Shown: piece by piece, positions 22,767 through 36,440 of the stretch | How the letters are laid out: every line of letters starts with the position of its first letter | How positions within the stretch are numbered: the first letter of the stretch is position 1 | Source of the DNA: Marsupella aquatica | Lineage: Eukaryota > Plantae > Marchantiophyta | NCBI GenBank assembly: GCA_973895155.1 | Contig: OZ316895.1 | Location: 4,451,659 to 4,515,658, forward strand | Length of the DNA: 64,000 nt | Direction of reading: 5' to 3' | Notes under the pieces: generated by a model | Databases searched by the model: none | Seen by the model: the letters and a program-made list of their open reading frames with translations, nothing else | What the model was told of the DNA's origin: nothing | Program-made: the position numbers and the translations under genes

Positions 22767-25700
22767 ATGGCGCAGGAATCGCCAGTGACCAATGGTGAGC
22801 TCTACGATCTTGTCTGTCCTTACTGCTGTAGTCTGTTGGTTCCTGCTCCCTTTGACACTCTTGGAGGTTTCTTCATTTGGAGTTAATAGTCGACTTCGAC
22901 TTGTAACTCGTTGTCAGTAGCAGGACTCTGTGATTGCAAACGAGAGAATGTTCTTTGACGTTTAGGTCAGCCTGTTTAAGAGGTTGCGATTAAGTACGTG
23001 AATACTATAATGGTTAGATTGTGATCCATTCTGCTTAGCGGTAGCTAGTTTTCATGGATCTAATTTGCTCTTCTTTTTTGTTGACAATGTGCGGGAAATA
23101 GTTGACCAGCCCGAAGACGCGAAGACGCCTTCCCTCCTGAGTAAAGTGAAGGAGAAAGCGAAAGGCACAGTCCAAAAGTTGACGAGCAAAGGGAAGAAAG
23201 GACATGATAATTCGACGGAATCCGTGTCATCAGCGTCAGGAGGTCAAGTTGACGATGAGTCAACTAGCGATGACATGGACGAGTTGAGCGCGTCAGAAGC
23301 CCAGGTACGCAATTTACAATCTCAGACGTTGGAATGATTCACTGCTTCGGTGGCAAGCAGATTCCTTGCAGCAGGAGCTTCTAGGGTTTACCGGAGCGCA
23401 CATTTTTTTCTCCCAGGACGCTGAGAGAAAGTGCATGGGTGAGCGTCTGGGTGGGGCTCCATTTAAAACCATGGAGGAGTTGTAGCACATCTTACATCTG
23501 TGTTGGAGAAATAACAACCGAAAACCAAAGAATTCCAAATGCAGGGTTAGTTGCAAGATTAAAAACCTTGCAACTAACCATGTAATTGTTCGACTTTATG
23601 GGAGCGCGGTGTTCACTGCTGTAAGCATCAATGAGTGAATGAGTCACACTACCCTTCCCACTGCTGTGAGCATTAATGAACGAATGTCACAATACCCTTC
23701 CTTGAAAAATACGTAACAAGTATTCCTATGGCACATCCCAACCGCAGAGACGTCCTGACAACTGTTCATGATGGGGTTTGTTTCAATGGAAAACATTCTG
23801 CCGTTCGCAAAATCTTTGTTCCGATAAATGAGTCTCGGGTTTTTGTTTTGGCTTGTAAATTGCAAAATCTACACTGTATTGGAACGGTTGTATTGGGAAG
23901 TTTTCTAACGAACTGGCTCAATTTTGAAATGGTGCTGGAAGAGGTCCCTACATCCAGTGATAACGTTTTTGGTGAAATCTGTTAACCATATTTTAATTGC
24001 CACGAGATTTATTTGAATTTGTGCAGAGAGAATCCAAAGGAAGTCCAGGAGCTCCTGGAATTGACGGAGTTCAAGAAAACACAAATGGTTTCGAGCAGCG
24101 GGTTTCGCTCGGAAGTATGAATTGCAGTCCATACAGTGATCACGATTTAATTTCCTCGTTGAGATAACTAAGTTGATCAAAGGCAGTATACTAGCGCAAT
24201 ATTAGGTAGAGATCCTTCTAACTGTTGTTACGTTCTCTATGGATTGACAGTTAAACCCGAGGACGATTTACTCAGTCCTTTTGCACGCTCTAAAGCTGAA
24301 AAGGATCCGCTTACAGTTACACCTCTGATAGCTACTCCCACATCTTACGGGGAGCCGCACACAACTGTCGAAGATGTTATGCCACCTTCTATCATTGAGC
24401 CCACATCTGTTTCAGAGCGGGGTGAGGAGTCCTCCATAAGCCTCGGAAACATTCCGGAAGCAAGAGGTAAGAGATGATTTCTGTTCCAGATTAAGTTCCT
24501 CAAATCCTGGTTCAAGTAAATGATTCGCAATACTTTCTATCGATACAGTCGATGGGGGAATCTGTCATCTATTGCACTTAGTAAGTTCGATTCTTTGTGG
24601 AATATAAGTACTCCGTCTGATACGTATTCCTCTCTTATAATTGTGGACAAAAATGCTTCCTAAGAATGAATTGATTATGACCATCGTGATGCTGTCCTGG
24701 TAATCGAACAGTGACGTAGTTCGGAATTTTTTGTTGTCAAACGACTTAATAACATAAGTTAAAATCTGGGACTTGGATTGCAGACGACGAAGAGACAGCA
24801 GCGGCAAACGAGGTCACCACTGGCGGTCCAGACGCAGAGATTAGTGAAGGCTTCAAAAAGACCTTTCAGCAAAAGGATCTTCGGGCCATAGATGGTCTCC
24901 CTAAGCCCAAAGGATTTGATGTCGGTAACGAAGATAGGGTCGATTCGGGCGATTTTGCTCACCAAAGCAAGCAGGCTTTGGCCGATCCGACCATATCACA
25001 ACAGACGGAAGGTAACGCAGAAGGGGTTTCCAACGATAGAGAGTTTGCGGTAGATGGGGCTGCTGACTCCCAGGTAATTGAGCAGGGCAATGAAAAGCCG
25101 CATCCACCTGGATCTGTGGCTGAGTTTGAGGACAGCATGTTTACCTCGAATGCTATCCATGACTTGAAACCAAATGAACCAAATGCAGCAGAAGCCAAGC
25201 GTGCAGGTGAAATTGGTACCTTTTCACGAGATTTTGATCCAGAAGCAAAACTGTCCAGTGGCACAGAAGGAGATAAGCAGCATCCTCCTGGTTCTACGGC
25301 TGAGTTTAAGGATAGTATGTTCAGCTCCGGTGCTACGCATGACTTGAAACCAAATGAACCAAATGCAGCAGAAGCCAAGCGTGCAGGTGAAATTGGTACC
25401 TTTTCACGAGATTTTGATCCAGAGGCAGAAAAATCTAGTGGCACAGAAGGAGATCAGCAGCATCCGCCCGGTTCTATGGCTGAGTTTAAGGATAGTATGT
25501 TCAGCTCCGGTGCCACACAAGACTTGAAACCAAATGAGCCGAACGCAGCAGAAGCCAAGCGTGCAGGTGAAATTGGCACATTTTCACGAGATTTTGATCC
25601 AGAGGCAGAAAAGTCTAGTGGCACAGAAGGAGATCAGCAGCATCCGCCCGGTTCTATGGCTGAGTTCAAGGATAGTATGTTCAGCTCCGGTGCCACACAA

Positions 25701-26915
25701 GACTTGAAACCAAATGAGCCGAACGCAGCAGAAGCCAAGCGTGCAGGTGAAATTGGCACATTTTCACGAGATTTTGATCCAGAGGCAGAAAAGTCTAGTG
25801 GCACAGAAGGAGATCAGCACCATCCGCCCGGTTCTATGGCTGAGTTTCAGGATAGTATGTTCAGCTCCGGTGCCACACAAGACTTGAAACCAAATGAGCC
25901 GAACGCAGCAGAAGCCAAGCGTGCAGGTGAAATTGGCACATTTTCACGAGATTTTGATCCAGAGGCAGGAAAGTCTAGTGGCACAGAAGGAGATCAGCAG
26001 CATCCGCCCGGTTCTATGGCTGAGTTTAAGGATAGTATGTTCAGCTCCGGTGCCACACAAGACTTGAAATCAAATGAGCCGAACGCAGCAGAGGCCAAAC
26101 ATTCGGGTGACATCGGCACATTTTCAAGAGGTGCGGATCTTTCTCGAGATGGCGAATCTGAAAGGAACGTACACTTCCAGGATGCTCCACAGGTATCTAT
26201 CAAAGATGTAAGCCTTAAATAATTTAGGATGTAAGGGCGAACTTATTCTTCAATCCATTTTCAGGAAATAATAAGCATGCGAAGGCAGAAATTTAACAGC
26301 GGTGAAGTGTTCTTGGTCTCCTGGATTAAGACTGTCGTGGATAGAACCGCGTTGTACAGTCTATGAAGTATCTCTTCAAACTAAGGGAACCTGATCTGTC
26401 CAACATTATGGAAACATTCGTTTAGTTTGCCCTACGCTCGGTCCTTGATCATGCATGTATTCAGCAACTCATGAGATGAAGTTACTGCATACTGATGTTT
26501 CGTATGCCTTTGTTAGCAGGGTGAACAGATTATTGACTCCTCAGCTGGGAAGGGCCCATCATCTGACCAAGGCAGCAGGCCTATGACAGCGGAAGAAGAA
26601 GCTGAAAGCTACTTTGATGCGGTGTCAGACGAAGAAGCTCTACCTAGTCAGCCAAGTTTGGACTCTGATATTAACAAGGATTTCAATCCAGAGGCCACTG
26701 ATGCGTACGACAAGCAAAAGAACTATTTAGCGGAATCTGCAAATGTACGAGTGAAGGCTGCCATGAATGATGACGCTGAGGCGAAGGAAAAAGATTCTGC
26801 TAGTAATTCATCGGAAGGTATTTCCACATTGCTGGGATCTACATTGAAGTCCGTTGTGGACAGTGTGGGTTCCAAAGTTGGACTTGTTTCCGCCCCTCGA
26901 AGTTCTTCGTCTTAA
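22767..26915 (+). CDS. LTI65/LTI78 (RD29)-like hydrophilic stress protein with 60-aa tandem repeats, 6 exons
   Basis: Phase-consistent exons at 22767-22794, 23102-23304, ~24027-24087, 24251-~24466, 24784-26192 and ~26520-26915. N-terminal SLLSKVKEKAKG resembles the LTI65 SVLKKVKEKAKK motif. The composition is acidic and disorder-prone. Confidence 0.75.
25081..26130 (+). repeat. Coding 180-bp tandem repeat, ~6 copies
   Basis: The unit GTEGDQQHPPGSMAEFKDSMFSSGATQDLKPNEPNAAEAKRAGEIGTFSRDFDPEAEKSS recurs at exactly 180-bp period (25261, 25441, 25621, 25801, 25981). Confidence 0.97.
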
Positions 26916-29900
26916 TCACAAGCAAGTACTGTCCACAGTACTACATCAGACGAAGTGCCTAGCTGGATCTCAACAGCTATAGGTGTACCTTTTCACTGAC
27001 GAGCAGGAGGAGGGGAATAGCAAGACATGCTGATAAAGTTGCAGATCTCCTTTTCATTCAGTTGTAAGATTCTCAACATGGAGTTCTAACGACGTGGTTT
27101 TTGGGGTTACGTCTTTTGTAATGTCCTTTAGCAGGTTGTAACGCACACCCTTCAAAAACTAGTTCAGTGAGTAAAGTAATGAGGTTTTCAAGCGGATGAA
27201 ATTTGATAATCGTTGTTTCTACTCAGGATTGTGTGGTACACTCGCCCCCACTAATTTTAGTTTCTGAAGACCTGTGACAGATTTTTCTTGAAATGTGAGG
27301 GTGAAAGTCTCTTCCTTGATTGTGGTGAACACAATGCCTGGGAGTTTCCACTATTCAGGAATGGGTTGTCCTGTCCTAGACCAACTAGCAGAACTTTTAT
27401 AGGTTACAGGTTTTACAACCACTTAAATCCAATCATGTAGATATTGATCCGAATCCCTGTACAGAACATTTTAAATGGAATGGTCGGTCGAGTTAAGATT
27501 CAATTCTGTCCGAGCATGTCCATCACTTGCCCTGTATAATCATATATTTGCTCCAGTGGAGCATTTTTGTCAGTACCTCAGAAAAGTTTGTTGCAAGTCT
27601 CTGCTAAAAGTCTCATCGAGGTGAAACGTTAAGCCAACACGCATCATATTTTTGACGAATATTTTGTTTCCATTGCAGAAATATTAGTCCATGGAATTGT
27701 TTTCTCGACAATAGGGTGGGCTGCTTAGCCCGCCCTCGTCCTTCTAAAACCTCATAAACTAAAAACTGTACACAACCTTTCAATCACCCATCTGTTTCTG
27801 TAGTAAGAAAGGTTGTTTTGGTGTACTTCATCCAGGCTCGTGTATCAAACTGATTGCTCGAACAGTTCTTGCAGAAACGCAAGGCTCTCGGGCTTATGGT
27901 AATGGAAAATCGAGTTTTGTGGAAGTTTCACCCAGAGGCCTTATGAGATTTAGTAGGAGGTCTCTCCGACGTGGCTGTAGGAGACGATTTAGCTCGAGCT
28001 CCAACCGTACGAAGGTGTATAATATTATTTTTAGGGAACATCCTGCCTAGTAACAAGACTGGCAATACCTTCCTGGGGTTGTTCCTGAGCCAGTAATTCC
28101 ATTCATTGGCATACACCAGGATTGCTCTTACCACCGAGATTTCTGAAGCACTTGATCACATGAGAAGTCGTTCAAGCACAACAGAATTAAACTCATCGCT
28201 TCAATATATGGTGATTCCCCATCTTTAGCTTGGTTCAGGACATATCCCAACTTCCCAATCCAATTCCAAGTTTACCGGCTTTCTTTCCCTGCTGATGATT
28301 AACCGTCTGATTTCCATCTCTGCCTCTGGTTGCAATTGAAACCTACACCTGATATCTATACATCTCTGCAAGTCTTTTGATAGCTCGGGTAGTTTTGTTC
28401 ATCGACGTCAGAGGCATCGACCTCGAACCGAACATAAAAATTGTATAGTGTGAACTGATACACAGGGATTGCTTCACCTTTGTCATATATTTATTCATCC
28501 TCAACCAGAATCATCCTCAACCAGAAGCGAAATCGGTAACAAGTGGCTGCATGTATTTCCATTGCGAATTGTGAGATTCCCCAGGGTGAAACAAGTCGAT
28601 GGAGGGTTGATCTAGAAGACGTTAAGACGATAGTGAGGCAAACACGTGAGAAGCACTGACGTAGTGAGGTTGGTTGCAGCTCCGAGTGGTTGGCTGGGAT
28701 GGAAGCCCTCTTCCTTCTGCTTCCTGATGCATCGGGTTAGACGGTTGGCTTTTGGGGTAATGCTTCAATTCGCGGACAGCTCAACAGCATGGACATAAAT
28801 AACTCTTCATCTCCACCTTCCTTCGATATACTCGAAATTAATTAGTACATCAAGTGTGTTATTTTTTGCCTCGGAAAATCCAAGTGTTTTAGACACAGAA
28901 TTCGCGGGGGTGTTCGATTCTTCAAGGCTTGAACAACATAACAGTGGCAACAAATTCTGCTATCCTTCAGCAAATGTTTGTTACCGATTCTCCACAATTT
29001 GTCAATCACAACCAATGTTATCAGACCAAAAATGCCTCGTGAGATCTGTGCACCTGATTTCTAAACTTTCAAGTCTACGACCAATCAACCTAAACTTGAT
29101 CCACACTTCGGGCCGGGTGGGCAGTGAAGACGAAGTCTGTGACTGTTCTTTTGAAGTCTTGCCAACACATTCGTATTGGGTTGGCAAGCCTATGCAGACC
29201 GGAATCACACAACAGTGAGTACAGTAGTAAGTTGTTGATAGCATTGCAGCCTCCAACGGAACACCATAATCGTTGAGCCGCAGATTGTGTTGGCGGTGGC
29301 AAAGTGCTTTTCACTGTGCACTAATCGTTGTCACAGATATGTTGGTTCGGGCATCATATCGGAAGACAAACGAACGTGGGCGAGGCCAATTAGGTGGAAG
29401 TGACAGAGAATGTACAATGTACAAACAAATATCTTTTCGTCAGAGTCGAAATTCGGTCTCCAGCAATGACAGTCATGGCCTCATGCATCTTCAAATAGCT
29501 TCAAATAGCTTCAACGAACTGATAGTGCATGACAAATGGCGACCATGCGGAGTGGGCCCTAGGGAGAGTACTCTAGAATCGTCTCTCGTCCATTCTCTCA
29601 GCTATGGAGAAGTGAAAGAAAGCAGGCCAAGGCATCAGAGGAAACATGCACGCCAAGGCAATTGACACCCGGCACTGCACAACATGCGCAAGCTGTTTTC
29701 CTCTTTCACCTAAGCTAAGCTGGGGCCACCGCTTTCCAAAGACCCTGGGATACCTTCTATGCTGACTTTTGTCTTTGGCCAGTAAGTCTCATAGTTTGGT
29801 AGGGTTATACCATTAGGGACTCTCAAAGCTTGACCTTAACAAGATAAGGTTCTCCCATAACTTCAGTATTATGAGAATTCCTGTAAAAGTTATGGGAGTT

Positions 29901-30621
29901 GATCTTCGGCTACCATAAGGAAAGTTTGCAAGCTCAACACTTATCCTGTAACTTTCCCGCAACTTTAGGTGGAAGTTCAAAAATTTGGAAATCCAGGACT
30001 TCGGAACTCCGGAAAGCCCCAACTGAATACATGTGGGATTTTCTCATGATGCTGTTGCATTTGAAACGGCAGCTGATCAAGAATTGAGGGAAAAATAATG
30101 TATGCTATGAGACAAGTGAGGGAGTAACTCCTGCCTTATGGGGCAGGTCAATGTTACCTCCCCCCATTTTTTAAATTCTGTAATTGGGTCCCATAACTCA
30201 AGTTATGGGATATATCACAAATTTGTAACTTTCACTAATGACCCAGCTTTGAGATGCCCTATCAGGGCGTGTCACCATAGTTTGACAGGGTTATTAATAC
30301 CATTAGGGCATGTCACCATTAGGGTGTGTCAAAGCACAACTGTAACTCATTTATGGCTCAGGACTTAAAACATTGCTACGGCCAGGAAAAAATCACTATG
30401 GGCTACTAAAATATGTCCAAAAAAATTAAGCTGTAACACTTTGGTTACCGGAGAACTTTGACATGCACTATTACCCTCTTTCTCCTCTTACTTAGTCTTC
30501 TCCATGTGTAGACTTTTATCTTTTGCCAAGTGTCTTTGTTGTGTATTTTAAATGGTCATTGGCAAGAACATAAAACTCTTTTATGGCCAGGACATAACTC
30601 CTTACGGGCTACCTAAATACA

Positions 30622-30965
30622 TGTTAGATATTGCTCTAGTCTTGTGACTCTTGTGCTAACCACAGTTAGGCTAACTCAGGTTAGGACCTAGCTAAGGTTA
30701 GCGGTAGTGCTGTTGTGCATATAGCCAGGGCTGATGCCAGACCCTGGTGGAACTTAGGCTCATTGTTACGGAGCTAGTTGAGAGATAGGGAGAGCTTGTG
30801 CTGTGGATGCTTGGTATGGCCGGTCGGCCTAGAGTGCAGTAAAGCTCTTGTGTGTTCCCGTGGACGTAGCCTCATGTGGAGGTGAACCACGTATCTCTCT
30901 GTGTCGACTATTGTGCGTTGGATGGTTCATGGGCTTGCCGTTACGAATGTCGTCTATGCTCAACA
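30622..30965. mobile_element. Solo LTR (344 bp)
   Basis: TGTTAG...TCAACA with a perfect 5-bp TSD ATACA (30617-21, 30966-70). Homologous to 53123-53454. Confidence 0.88.
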
Positions 30966-31048
30966 ATACACACCCCGTAAGAATTTTACGGCCCAAAATT
31001 GTTGAGCCATAAGACTTTTCTTATGTGTGAACTTTGACGCCCTAATGT

Positions 31049-31552
31049 CCACCTACCTTGAAAGTACAAACAAAAACCCCCCTTGTTTCCTGTAGAGCTA
31101 TACAATCTCGTCTATGCCTCCCCTCTTACACGGGTTAACATACAGTTGACCATATCTTAGTAGATCATATATTTGTAGGAACCGTAATCCTATACATCAT
31201 GGCCTCACAACAATACAAGGTCTACATATACCTATCACAAACAATCAACACGGGTCTTAATGTGAAAATAATTGTATGACCATTGTAGGCATGTATCATA
31301 TAGTCAACATGGCCACCCACCTTGAAAGTATGAACAAAACTCCCATTGTTTCTTTTTCAAGGTATGCAATCTACTCTATGCCTCCTACCTAGTGTGCACA
31401 GTGGTTGAGATACAGTCAAACATATCTTCATAACGGAACGCTAGGGACCTTAATCCTATACATTACAGCCTGACAATGATACATGGCCCAAACATACATT
31501 TTCCAAACCAATCTATTGTACAGTACCCTAACATTATACCAACATGGCCCAC
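31049..31552. repeat. Diverged tandem duplication, ~264-bp unit
   Basis: ccacc.accttgaaagta..aacaaaa...tctatgcctcc...catacagt..acatatctt...taatcctatacat begins at 31049 and at 31313. Confidence 0.7.
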
Positions 31553-33676
31553 CACAGAGGACTGACTGTGGCCACCCAAGGGACCAGAGAAGTCATGGGA
31601 TGACTAGGGATGGGTGTTATTTTAGAGTCAACTTTTATGTAGGGGGCCCTCAAAGTAGTACTGGCCCTCAAACTCCCTAAATTGTAGGATCTAGATTCTC
31701 AAGAGTCAATCAGTTGAATCAGTTGTCATGCCATGTGTGACTTGCACAAACCTTTTTTTGTGTTCCTACTTTTTATGTTTTTGTCATTTCTTGTTCCTAT
31801 TTTCTGTTTAATTGTGATTTCAAAGTAGAAGCCCTCAGGTCCCAGAAAGTTTCCAGCCCTTGCCCTTGGTTCTCCACTTTGCATGCCATAAGCCCTGAGG
31901 TCCCAGAAAATTTCCTGCCTTGCCCTTGTTTCTCCACATTGTATGCCATAAGCCCTGCTTAACTAGGTGGTTTCTCTACAGAATTCTCAGTCAAGATGTT
32001 GTTGCCATTGGTGAAGTTGAGGGCAGGGAAACTTAAATAGGGCCGCCCACATGCAAGTTGGCTCTTAGGTCCGTCTTGCATGTACCATCTCACAAGTTTC
32101 CAGCCCCTACCACTCCCGGAAGTATTAGTAAAGAGCTCATCCAAATCTCCACACTATTTGCTTACCCTGATACTTGGGAACTACCCAGGCCCATGCAGTC
32201 ATGCTTGTTGTTGCCACATCCAGCTTTACTGAGCTCTGTGGGGATTGTATATTCCTTTTATTTTAGTTTTAAGGTTTGAGACCTCAATGGCCAGAAAGTT
32301 GGTTTTCCACTTTGTATGCAGTCAAGCCTACCCAAGGAGGACTTTGGGGCATACAAATCTCACTCAATGTTAGCATGCCAAGTGTGCAGTTCAGGCTGGA
32401 AACTCAAGGACGCTGCACATGCAAGATGGCCTTAGGTCCAACTCGCATGTAGCAGCCGTTAGTTTACCGGCCCTCAACACTCACACAACAAATTGTTAAA
32501 AGAAGATGATGTTTGGCAGCAATATGTGCTGCACTTGAATGACAGGTATCCAAAGACTCCATAGTCCTTGAAGCGAGGTATTTGCTTGATCGACCCCCAA
32601 AATGAAACTTGTTACTTGATAGACCCCCAAAATCTGAGATGAAAAGGTCCATCAACGGTCCAAATCTGGATCAGAAGGTCCATCAATGGTCCAGATTGGG
32701 GAAAAATGGAAGGGGTTGATTAAGCAAACTTTTTCCGAAAGGGGGTCTACTAAGCATATCTCCCTTGAAGCCCATCCTTTGAAATAAGCATGGCCCGTCC
32801 TTTAGGTCAGTTTTTGAAGGACGGGCCATGCTTATTTGTTTTGTTCGATTTCCAAAGGACAGGACTCCAAGGGCCTGAAACTTTCTGGTAGTTGCCCTTG
32901 GTTCTGCTCTTTGTATGGCAGTAGCCATACAAAATACTCTCCCCAACATTCTGAATTGAGGCATACAAAAATACTCTCCACAGTACGTTTGTGCCATGTG
33001 TTACGTTGAGGGCCCCAGAAATAAGGCCGCTCAAATGCCAGTTGGCCCTTAAGGTCCCTAAGTTTTAGGATTAGAAAACCAAATAATATCTCTCTGCCGG
33101 AAAAGAGTGCCCGTTGATGACGAAGGTGCCAGACTGCCAGGGGATGGAGATTCAACCAATTGCCAACTTGTTAATCCCACGAAGCAAGTGTTGTTATTTC
33201 GGGTGAGCAATTGGAAGTTTCAATGATACTCCACCTGAGATTCTTGCCTTTCTAGTTCCTTCTGTTTCAGCAATCTGAAGCTGCACTGATATTTTATGGT
33301 GCAAGCTGAAAAAACTGCCGCAACTAAAAAGCCCAAAAAGTACCCAGCGATCGACAAGTCATCCACGAAACTGTGCCAAGCACGGAACGGAAAACCGATT
33401 CGTAGACCCAGCTTGGCTTTGGTATCTCAGATCTCACAGACGTACTTTCGTATCATTCCGAAAGAACAAATTCGTCACAGATCGATTTGCAGATGTATGA
33501 ATGTGATTCAATTCTGCTCAGGAATGTCGGCCCAATCCCTAGCCGTGGGAAGAGATAGATGAACGTGGTGGGGTATGTGCAGTAGTGAGTTTGAAGGTGA
33601 AGGATTCAAGCCACTGAATTGGTGGAAATCATGTAGGGCATGCTAGCGGGTCCGAATTTCATGCCAGGGCCACAGG

Positions 33677-34864
33677 ATGCCGATCACGGACAGATGGAGG
33701 AGGAGAGAGCAGACCGGCATAGCGGATCTGGGTCCGATTCAGATCATGCGAGAGGCGTTTAGACAGTTTTGGACCTACTACTTCCACTTCCTCCTGATTC
33801 AACTCACGCTCATCCTCCCGGTTGTGGGCCTCTTCGCTTCCGTCCAATACCAGCTGCTTGTGTATCCGCTGAAGGCCCTTCCTTTTGTCCCACCTGCTCA
33901 CGAATTACTTGTTCCCAGGTCCAGTCATCGACTCTCCTTTCTCATCCCCAAATCCCACGAGAGAGCCTCCTCTACCCCCAGCAGTGACTTGACGAATGCG
34001 CACACGTTCCACCCTGTGGTGCTGATGAGCTTGCTTGCAACGTTTGCCTTCGAAGCAGCTCAGGGTCTCTCCACTTCAGCCATTCTTCTCTCAGTGGGTT
34101 TCATCTACGCGGGCCTGAAGGTCTCTTTCTTTGGGATCCTCAGATCCGCTATCCCTACTCTGTGGTTGCGCCTGGCGGTCACAACTCTATACAACGTCTT
34201 CGTCTCACAGTGCATCGTTCTCTTGGAGACTGCAGCTCTCTTAGCGTTGCTGAAGTTTGAGCAAGGGATCTGGATTAAGGTACTGGAGGTTGTGGTTGGA
34301 GGTGCGTTTGGTCTAGTCGATCTCTTCCTGGGGGTGGTCTTCGGTGTGGCTTTGGGGGTGTCCGTTCTCGAGGAGGCCTACGGATTTGCAGCTTTCAAGA
34401 AGGCCCTGAAGCTCCTGCATGGGAAAGGGCGAGTGGCAATTTGGTTCCACGTCGTGTGGTCCAGGACCGTCCCAAGCGTCGTCACATTTGCTTTGAACTT
34501 CCGCGAAACGACAATGCAAGTAGGAATTTCGAAAACAGGGGATCACCGAAGCTGGAGTCCAACACCTTTACAGGGGGATTACTTAAATTGTGTTCTGTTC
34601 CTTGCCTGGACGACCTTGTTCTGGCAATTGAGCTCGTTGTGTGCTGGCGTCCAGTATGTGTCTTTCAAGGCTTACCATCACGAGAACATTGCGGATTCCC
34701 GTTTTTTCGAGGAGAGGGCCGAGGCAGGATACCAGCGGATTGGACATGAGAGTATTCAAGTAGAAGCACCATCGCCATCTCCATCACCACCAGCTCTAGG
34801 TGACACCTCGATCGAAATTGGCAGCAGCAATACAGAGAGTCTTCTAGCAAGGCCCGATTCCTAA
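33677..34864 (+). CDS. Intronless multi-pass membrane protein (plant uncharacterised family, PTHR33133-like)
   Basis: 395-aa ORF with about 6 hydrophobic helices. Motifs LGPIQIMREAF, LW.RL..T, A..VSVLEE.YG.AA.KKA..LL.G and V.YVSFKAYHHE. Paralog at 44337-45398. Confidence 0.85.
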   Translation: MPITDRWRRREQTGIADLGPIQIMREAFRQFWTYYFHFLLIQLTLILPVVGLFASVQYQLLVYPLKALPFVPPAHELLVPRSSHRLSFLIPKSHERASSTPSSDLTNAHTFHPVVLMSLLATFAFEAAQGLSTSAILLSVGFIYAGLKVSFFGILRSAIPTLWLRLAVTTLYNVFVSQCIVLLETAALLALLKFEQGIWIKVLEVVVGGAFGLVDLFLGVVFGVALGVSVLEEAYGFAAFKKALKLLHGKGRVAIWFHVVWSRTVPSVVTFALNFRETTMQVGISKTGDHRSWSPTPLQGDYLNCVLFLAWTTLFWQLSSLCAGVQYVSFKAYHHENIADSRFFEERAEAGYQRIGHESIQVEAPSPSPSPPALGDTSIEIGSSNTESLLARPDS

Positions 34865-35422
34865 GCACTCAATTGCACAGGGAATTTTAATTGATTGAGT
34901 TTTTATTGCATCGTCTTTGATGTACGGTGACTGTATAATTAGATGATGAGTGGAATAGGTGAAGAACTGATAACTTAGTTAGAAAATCCAATGTTGGCAA
35001 TTTTTTGGACCTACAATTAATGTCTGTCTCTAGATCAGCTCTGAATGTGCATATCTTGGGTCCAGAGACTGGCAATTGTGCATTAGGTCTTTTGAGTATC
35101 ATACGTTTTGGATAAATCATAAGTGAGGTCGTTCGATCAATGGCGGATTTTCATTTTGATCCCGAATATTGATTCGCTAGACCGTTTGCTCTGTGATCTC
35201 CTTTCGGTTCAGAATTTGGTTACTTTTGCCGCACTATTTTCCAATGCTCAAGGCCTAGGCTCAAGTAGCATTCTAAATTGAAACGTAGTAAGGACTTCTG
35301 ATGACAAGACATTAAGCAGGCAACAGGATTTCTGAGACTTCAAGGTCTTCTGACTTGAAATCTTGGGTGGGAGTCCTTTTCGGAATTTCAGCACGCAGAC
35401 GAATGGAGATTGGTTTAGGGGT

Positions 35423-35599
35423 TTCGCACAACAAAAATGAGAGGAACTTGTGCAACGTGAGGGGTGAAAAGCATATGGACAAAACCCAAGCTTTCTGTAC
35501 AGATCCATTGTGCACCAATTTCCACCATAGACCATCTTGGCCTACATTCTAAAGTTCTACTCAAATACCTTTGCAATGGTATCTCAGATACCCCTAAAC
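35423..35599 (+). repeat. 177-bp identical copy of 36761-36937
   Basis: ttcgcacaac...gatacccctaaac is identical at both sites. Confidence 0.92.
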
Positions 35600-35883
35600 G
35601 GACAGACAATGGGGGTATACTCTCTTGGGGCAGGGAATCAACTGACTTATCACAATCTAGAGGCTACTGTACTGAAAACTAGGTCCTCCCCTGAATTCTT
35701 TTCCACATATGTCTTCTCTTCATGAGGGATACAGCGAGTCAGAACCCACGAGTTCTGGGAATCAAATTCAATCCATGAGCTAGCAAAACTACTCAGAGAA
35801 GCCAATTGATCTTAGGGGAAGCAATGTTGTGGGGAATGATGTCTGCAGGCCTGTGCACAATCTGTCATTATGGAGGGAGACGA

Positions 35884-35889
<6 letters not shown>

Positions 35890-35925
<36 letters not shown>
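35890..35925. repeat. (CT)n microsatellite
   Basis: About 18 CT units. Confidence 0.95.
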
Positions 35926-35930
<5 letters not shown>

Positions 35931-36440
35931 AGAGGCCAAAAATGGAAAGTTGTGAACATTTAGTTGGTGGGTCGTTACCTGACTACACGTCAGCTCAGCT
36001 TCTGTGTGGACTCCCTTTGGCCGTCAGCACACGTGGAGGGTTGGGGGAGGGCTGGTGTAGTGAGAGCATTCCCACCTGGCATGCTACACCCAGTCTTTAT
36101 GAGCTTGGTGGGTTAGGAGCCCAGATGGGATGTGCTATGTTTGAGCTTGCCCCTGACCCACCCAAAGCTGCCTCCTGGGTGCCAGATGTATAGGATAACC
36201 AACGTCTAGGAGGGGGTTATAACCAAGCCCAAATCTTGCTTTTTGTAGATTAATCTTGTCCGGAAAAAGATTAGCTGGCTGTATATCTGAGGGCAATAGA
36301 TAATAAGAACAGGAGTTTGTCTGTGAGCCTGATTTCATACCAAACGCAATTGGATTGGGCTGAAGCCTGCATCTTGATCGTGGTGGATGGCTTTGCTGTA
36401 TCTCAAAATGGCAGCAGCCATGGGATCTATGGAAGATTTC

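Noticed and set aside
24959-26203. Minus-strand ORFs over the 180-bp repeat
   Set aside because: Antisense shadows of the plus-strand coding repeat.
27900-29700. Cluster of short ORFs that might be a decayed gene
   Set aside because: No consistent frame, splice structure or recognisable domain could be established.
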